Source: an uncultured Porphyromonadaceae bacterium
GTDB lineage: Bacteria; Bacteroidota; Bacteroidia; Bacteroidales; UBA11471
DNA length: 64,000 nucleotides
Direction: 5' to 3'
NCBI GenBank assembly: GCA_900547555.1
Contig: URHG01000007.1
Location: 454-64,453 of the forward strand
Shown here in pieces: positions 60,518 to 64,000 of the stretch (position 1 is its first letter; each line of letters starts with the position of its first letter). The position numbers and the translations under genes are program-made. Under the pieces are notes generated by a model that was not told where the DNA came from, did not search any database, and saw only the letters and a program-made list of their open reading frames with translations.

Positions 60518-61714
60518 CTATTTTATCATGGGAAGCAGCTCTTTGAGCTTCGTTATAAAGGTTTTCTCCACGTTATACTTGGCGAGGCTTTCGGGTGTCA
60601 GCCCCATGGAACGGGCTGCGGATGCCCTGTAACCTTTCCAGTCCTTGAAGTAGGCTTTGGACAGCAGGATGGCGACACAGCGCATCTTGCCTTTCACGCA
60701 ACTACCGTATATCGTGGAATAGTCGGCACGCATGACGGCACGGAGAAAGTCCCGGTCGGAAACGGCATTGCCGTCCAATAGCGACTTACCCTTGTCGGGG
60801 CCGCTCTGTACGGTGAAGGTGGTAAGGAAACGGTACAGCCTTAAAACGGGAACCTGCGCGGTCGTGCTGAACGCACCGCCTTGCATTGTATCTGTAGCGG
60901 TAAAACCGGATGATGCTTCTTCTGTACAAGAGGGTATTGTTTTGGATGTTGCCAACTTGGATGCGCTTTCATGCAGTACGTTCCTCTTGACATATCCCAT
61001 CGTCATGGCGATATGGAACATCTTTATTCCGGCAGACTGTGCTTTCACATCATCATTTTGGGACAGCATGGAAAGGTGGATGGCTTCTGCAAAATATTCC
61101 GTGAAAAGTTGTGCCAAATCCTTGTCGTTGGCATTGACAATATACTCCTTGACGGCTTGGATTTTCGCCTTATCCACTTTGGCAAGCATGGCATACATTT
61201 CTTTCCCTCTGTTCCCGTCTGAATCCTTTGCACACTTCCGTATGGCGGAACGGATGGTGTCGATGCAGTCGGTGGCTTCGGTACGTGTCATTGGCTTGGG
61301 AGAAATATCAGAACCTTCCGGCGATACTTGCTCCTGTTCTTTTTCGGGAAAGAAGTATTGCCTTATGACTTCCATGCTCAGGTAAGCCACCCCTGTACGG
61401 AAAGCCGCCTTGTCCAAGTCCGCATATTTGGAGCAGATGCCATGAAGCCTTTTCGTGTCATCGTGCAGCCCGACGAATTTCCGTGCCAGATCCTTATCCT
61501 CGTGTTCGGTGACATATTCCCTGATGCCGGCCAAAAGAAAAGGCAGGGGCTTCAGGCTGTATCTGATGTTCCGGCAAATATCCTTGCAATCCGTTTCGTC
61601 ACTGCCGGAAGACTTGTCGGCAAGCGATTCCGCAAGTTTCAGGCTCCCACTGATTACGTTGGACAGCTTGAACAGGTCGCTAATGATGTCAAATCTTGAT
61701 TTTTCCATAAGCAC
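60518..61714 (-). CDS. hypothetical protein co-transcribed with the terminal integrase
   Basis: 398-aa ORF starting 4 nt after the integrase stop codon. No motif recognised. Confidence 0.4.
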   Translation of the reverse strand: MLMEKSRFDIISDLFKLSNVISGSLKLAESLADKSSGSDETDCKDICRNIRYSLKPLPFLLAGIREYVTEHEDKDLARKFVGLHDDTKRLHGICSKYADLDKAAFRTGVAYLSMEVIRQYFFPEKEQEQVSPEGSDISPKPMTRTEATDCIDTIRSAIRKCAKDSDGNRGKEMYAMLAKVDKAKIQAVKEYIVNANDKDLAQLFTEYFAEAIHLSMLSQNDDVKAQSAGIKMFHIAMTMGYVKRNVLHESASKLATSKTIPSCTEEASSGFTATDTMQGGAFSTTAQVPVLRLYRFLTTFTVQSGPDKGKSLLDGNAVSDRDFLRAVMRADYSTIYGSCVKGKMRCVAILLSKAYFKDWKGYRASAARSMGLTPESLAKYNVEKTFITKLKELLPMIK

Positions 61715-61718
61715 CTTC

Positions 61719-63089
61719 TTATATTTTGATGATACCCTTGAAGTCCTTTAATGCTATGACGGCCTTTTCCTCCGCATCCAGTTTCAGGTAGCGGCGCAGT
61801 TGCGCCTCGCTGCTGTGTCCGGTGATGGCTTGGATGGAAGGCAGAGGGACGCCAGCCTTATACGCGTTGGTGGCGAAACTCCTTCGGGCTGTATGGGAAA
61901 GGAGCATGTCGCAGAACCTCCTTCCCCGTTTGGGGTTGAGACGCTTCTCGTCAAAACCGCAGTCATGTGTCCAGCCGAGCAACAGGCCGATGGTCTTCAC
62001 CAGCTTGTTCATTTCATTGGGATGAACCGGGGGCAACTTGCCGTCATACTTGGCAAGTATGGCTCTCACGCGCCTGTCAACGGGGATATAGACTTTCTTT
62101 TCCGTCTTCTGTTGGGTGATGAGTATGAACTCAGTGCCGCCGATTTCCGTTATCATGTCCTCGCATATCCTTGAATAGTCGGAAACACGCTGCCCGGTCA
62201 GGCAGCCCACGACGAAAATGTCCCTCACGTGCTCCAGTGTCCTGATATGGGTGATGCGGCATTTGGAAAGTTGTGCCAATTTCTCGTCCTCGCTGATGTC
62301 AAGTGATTCCAGTCTCTTTTTCACAGCTTCCTTGGTGGAAAGGTCAAGGTCAAGCATTTCCTGTATCTGTTCCGGCGTGAGATAGATGTTGTCCACTTCC
62401 TCCTTTTTCGGCACGAAGTCGGAATGACGGAAATCATCGCATTTGGTCAGCTTGTCCTCGTAAGCCGCCTTTGCCACCGTGCGGACATCGGTCATATACG
62501 AGTTGATGGCGTTGGGCATCAAGCCCCGTTCCTTCCAGTAACCGACAAGGCTGTTGCGTGTCTCCATCGTCATGTCATCCAGTCCGAGTTTGCGGTGGGT
62601 TTCCTTTTGGTAGTTAAGAATCTGTTTTTGGATAATGCGCAGACCTTTTATATAGGCAGGTGATACTTTCACGGTACGGCCTTTCTTGGTGCGCCGTCCG
62701 GTTTCCATGTCTTCTATATAAGAGGTAAGGAAATCCTCGAACAGCATCCTGCCTTTGGGCTTGACCTCCACAATCTGTATCATTCCGTTGAGCACGTCGT
62801 GTTTCACGCTCTCGATGATGTTCTTGGCCTCCTTGGGGTTGAAGCCTTCCGCCTCGAATGCCGCCTTTATCCTCGCGAGGACTTGGGCGAACTGCCCGTA
62901 CTTTATCCCGATACTCGACATCAGGGCTGACGAGGTGTATTGCAGGCTGCGGTACTTTTCCCATTCAAGCTGCTTGATGGTGAAGCCCGTCACGACTTTC
63001 ATGTTCGCCTTTCCGGTGCGCACACGGGCATAGATGGAACCGTAGTCCTCCTTTCCGGCCTTGGATGATTTGATGAAGATGAAATCCAT
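61719..63089 (-). CDS. tyrosine integrase at the right end of the element
   Basis: Arm-binding-like N terminus MDFIFIKSSKAGKEDYGSIYARV. Catalytic HTARRSFAT...GHSS...LRRYLK. Start at ATG 63089, with TACCTTTG (minus strand) at 63117-63124. The ORF-track start at 63260 is an upstream run-on. Confidence 0.85.
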   Translation of the reverse strand: MDFIFIKSSKAGKEDYGSIYARVRTGKANMKVVTGFTIKQLEWEKYRSLQYTSSALMSSIGIKYGQFAQVLARIKAAFEAEGFNPKEAKNIIESVKHDVLNGMIQIVEVKPKGRMLFEDFLTSYIEDMETGRRTKKGRTVKVSPAYIKGLRIIQKQILNYQKETHRKLGLDDMTMETRNSLVGYWKERGLMPNAINSYMTDVRTVAKAAYEDKLTKCDDFRHSDFVPKKEEVDNIYLTPEQIQEMLDLDLSTKEAVKKRLESLDISEDEKLAQLSKCRITHIRTLEHVRDIFVVGCLTGQRVSDYSRICEDMITEIGGTEFILITQQKTEKKVYIPVDRRVRAILAKYDGKLPPVHPNEMNKLVKTIGLLLGWTHDCGFDEKRLNPKRGRRFCDMLLSHTARRSFATNAYKAGVPLPSIQAITGHSSEAQLRRYLKLDAEEKAVIALKDFKGIIKI

Positions 63090-63280
63090 ACGCGATATAT
63101 CTTGGTTACTGTGATGCAAAGGTACAAAATATATCCCGAAATATGGTATCAAATAGTACCAATATTTTCTAAAACCGTGAAATTTCGTGAGTATGCAAAC
63201 CAAATGAAAACATCTACAAATAACTGATATACAAAGATAACCTATAAAACGGAATTTCACTGAATATATTTAGTGAATAG

Positions 63281-63287
63281 TGGGCAA
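63281..63287. repeat. right copy of 7-bp direct repeat TGGGCAA
   Basis: Identical to 46298-46304. Confidence 0.65.
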
Positions 63288-64000
63288 GGACTCAAATGAA
63301 TAACGGACAAATACATCATGATTTCAATATCATGAATGTCAAAGACAAGCGGGAGCGTTCGGCACTTGTTTCGTGGGACGACACTGAACATGCGGATTAT
63401 AGAAACATTCAAAAGTGGGTAGACTTAAATTGCGGTTTCATTATATCAGTCTTCGAGATATATCAAGCAACAGGAGATCAAAAACAATTTGACAAATTAT
63501 GGCCGTATGTAAAAAAAGCTGCTCAACGAATTCTCGATCAAGTAGAAAAATATGGAAGTAAAAAATATCCTTATACATTCGATGGCTCCGAAAATTCTTA
63601 TGACGCCGGAGGTAATCCCGACCCCTATAATGCAAACATATCGGCCGTCGCATATAAAATCATGACGATACTGGCGCAAGAAAAAGGTGAGTCCGAAATT
63701 ATCAAACAGTACGATTATGCCTACAAAACCGTTGTCAATTCATTCCATAACCGTTATATCAAGGATGGCCTATTTACAACCGGAAAACATTGTGAATCGG
63801 TATTTGCGGGACAATGGCTATCCCAACATTTAAAATTAGGAGAAATATGGCCGGCAGAAGATACCGATACCATACTAAACATTTTGGAAAATTACTACTA
63901 TCCTTACTATCTCGGACTCGGTTATCCGCAGGGGACCTACGATGAATGGACTCCATACATATTGACACATTACGGAGGTTTACTGCTCCAAACAGGACGC
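63281..64000 (+). pseudogene. GH116-like glycosidase, 3' (catalytic DUF608-like) fragment, runs off the window
   Basis: My own translation from 63281: WARTQMNNGQIHHDFN...WVDLNCGFIISVFEIYQATGDQKQFDKLWPYV..., open to base 64000. A stop (TAG 63278-63280) lies immediately upstream. Joining 46304 to 63288 restores the frame. Confidence 0.7.

Larger units (their letters stand above)
46305..63287. mobile_element. ~17.0 kb integrative mobilizable element with a defence-gene cargo
   Basis: It splits a GH116-like ORF and is flanked by TGGGCAA direct repeats. It carries two tyrosine recombinases, an Xis-like HTH, MobC plus relaxase and an oriT-like region. Base composition differs from the flanks. Confidence 0.8.

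Noticed and set aside
63090-63260. N-terminal 57-aa extension of the terminal integrase ORF
   Set aside because: The extension is a Cys/Phe-rich run-on covering the promoter box at 63117-63124. Bacteroidales integrases start with the arm-binding segment found at the Met encoded at 63089.
1-64000. CRISPR arrays, rRNA genes, IS elements with terminal IRs/transposases, and prophage structural genes
   Set aside because: I saw no regularly spaced direct repeats, no rRNA-like sequence, no transposase-like ORF and no capsid, tail or terminase-like ORFs anywhere in the window.

Overview
This is a Bacteroidales-type chromosomal window. Evidence for that placement: TAnnTTTG -7 promoter boxes recur 25-50 nt upstream of starts, one protein carries a T9SS C-terminal sorting domain, and there are many glycoside hydrolases. 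Bases 1-46.3 kb are ordinary housekeeping and glycan-utilisation genes: kdsA, rsmE, metH, tpx, pirin, an OPT transporter, GH28, an otsA-otsB fusion plus GH15, an accC-BCCP-carboxyltransferase operon preceded by a cobalamin riboswitch, DPP-IV, nadE, rsmG, tRNA-Asp, GH115. At 46.3 kb a GH116-like glycosidase gene is cut in two by a ~17.0 kb integrative mobilizable element (46305-63287) flanked by a 7-bp direct repeat, TGGGCAA. The 3' half of the gene resumes in frame at 63281 and runs off the window. The right half of the element is backbone, all on the minus strand: tyrosine integrase, a 398-aa unknown, an Xis-like HTH protein, a wHTH protein, an oriT-like region, MobC, relaxase, a 262-aa unknown and a second tyrosine recombinase. 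The left half is a defence island. It holds an AbiL-like pair (AAA_21-type ATPase plus RloB-like), an AIPR protein, and convergent to them a tightly coupled two-gene operon. That operon encodes a 338-aa methyltransferase-N-lobe-like protein without NPPY and a 1322-aa fusion of T5orf172/GIY-YIG-like domain, SF2 DEAH helicase, charged linker, TaqI/Eco57I-like N6A methyltransferase (NPPY) and TRD. The layout resembles a Type ISP enzyme but with a different N-terminal module and an extra partner. The only promoter-like element for this operon lies in a 160-bp segment bracketed by a perfect 16-bp inverted repeat, next to the inner tyrosine recombinase, and it currently points away from the operon. 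This looks like a phase-variable inverton captured in the OFF state. I consider the operon plus inverton the most interesting candidate in the window. Novelty cannot be established without database searches, which I could not run.
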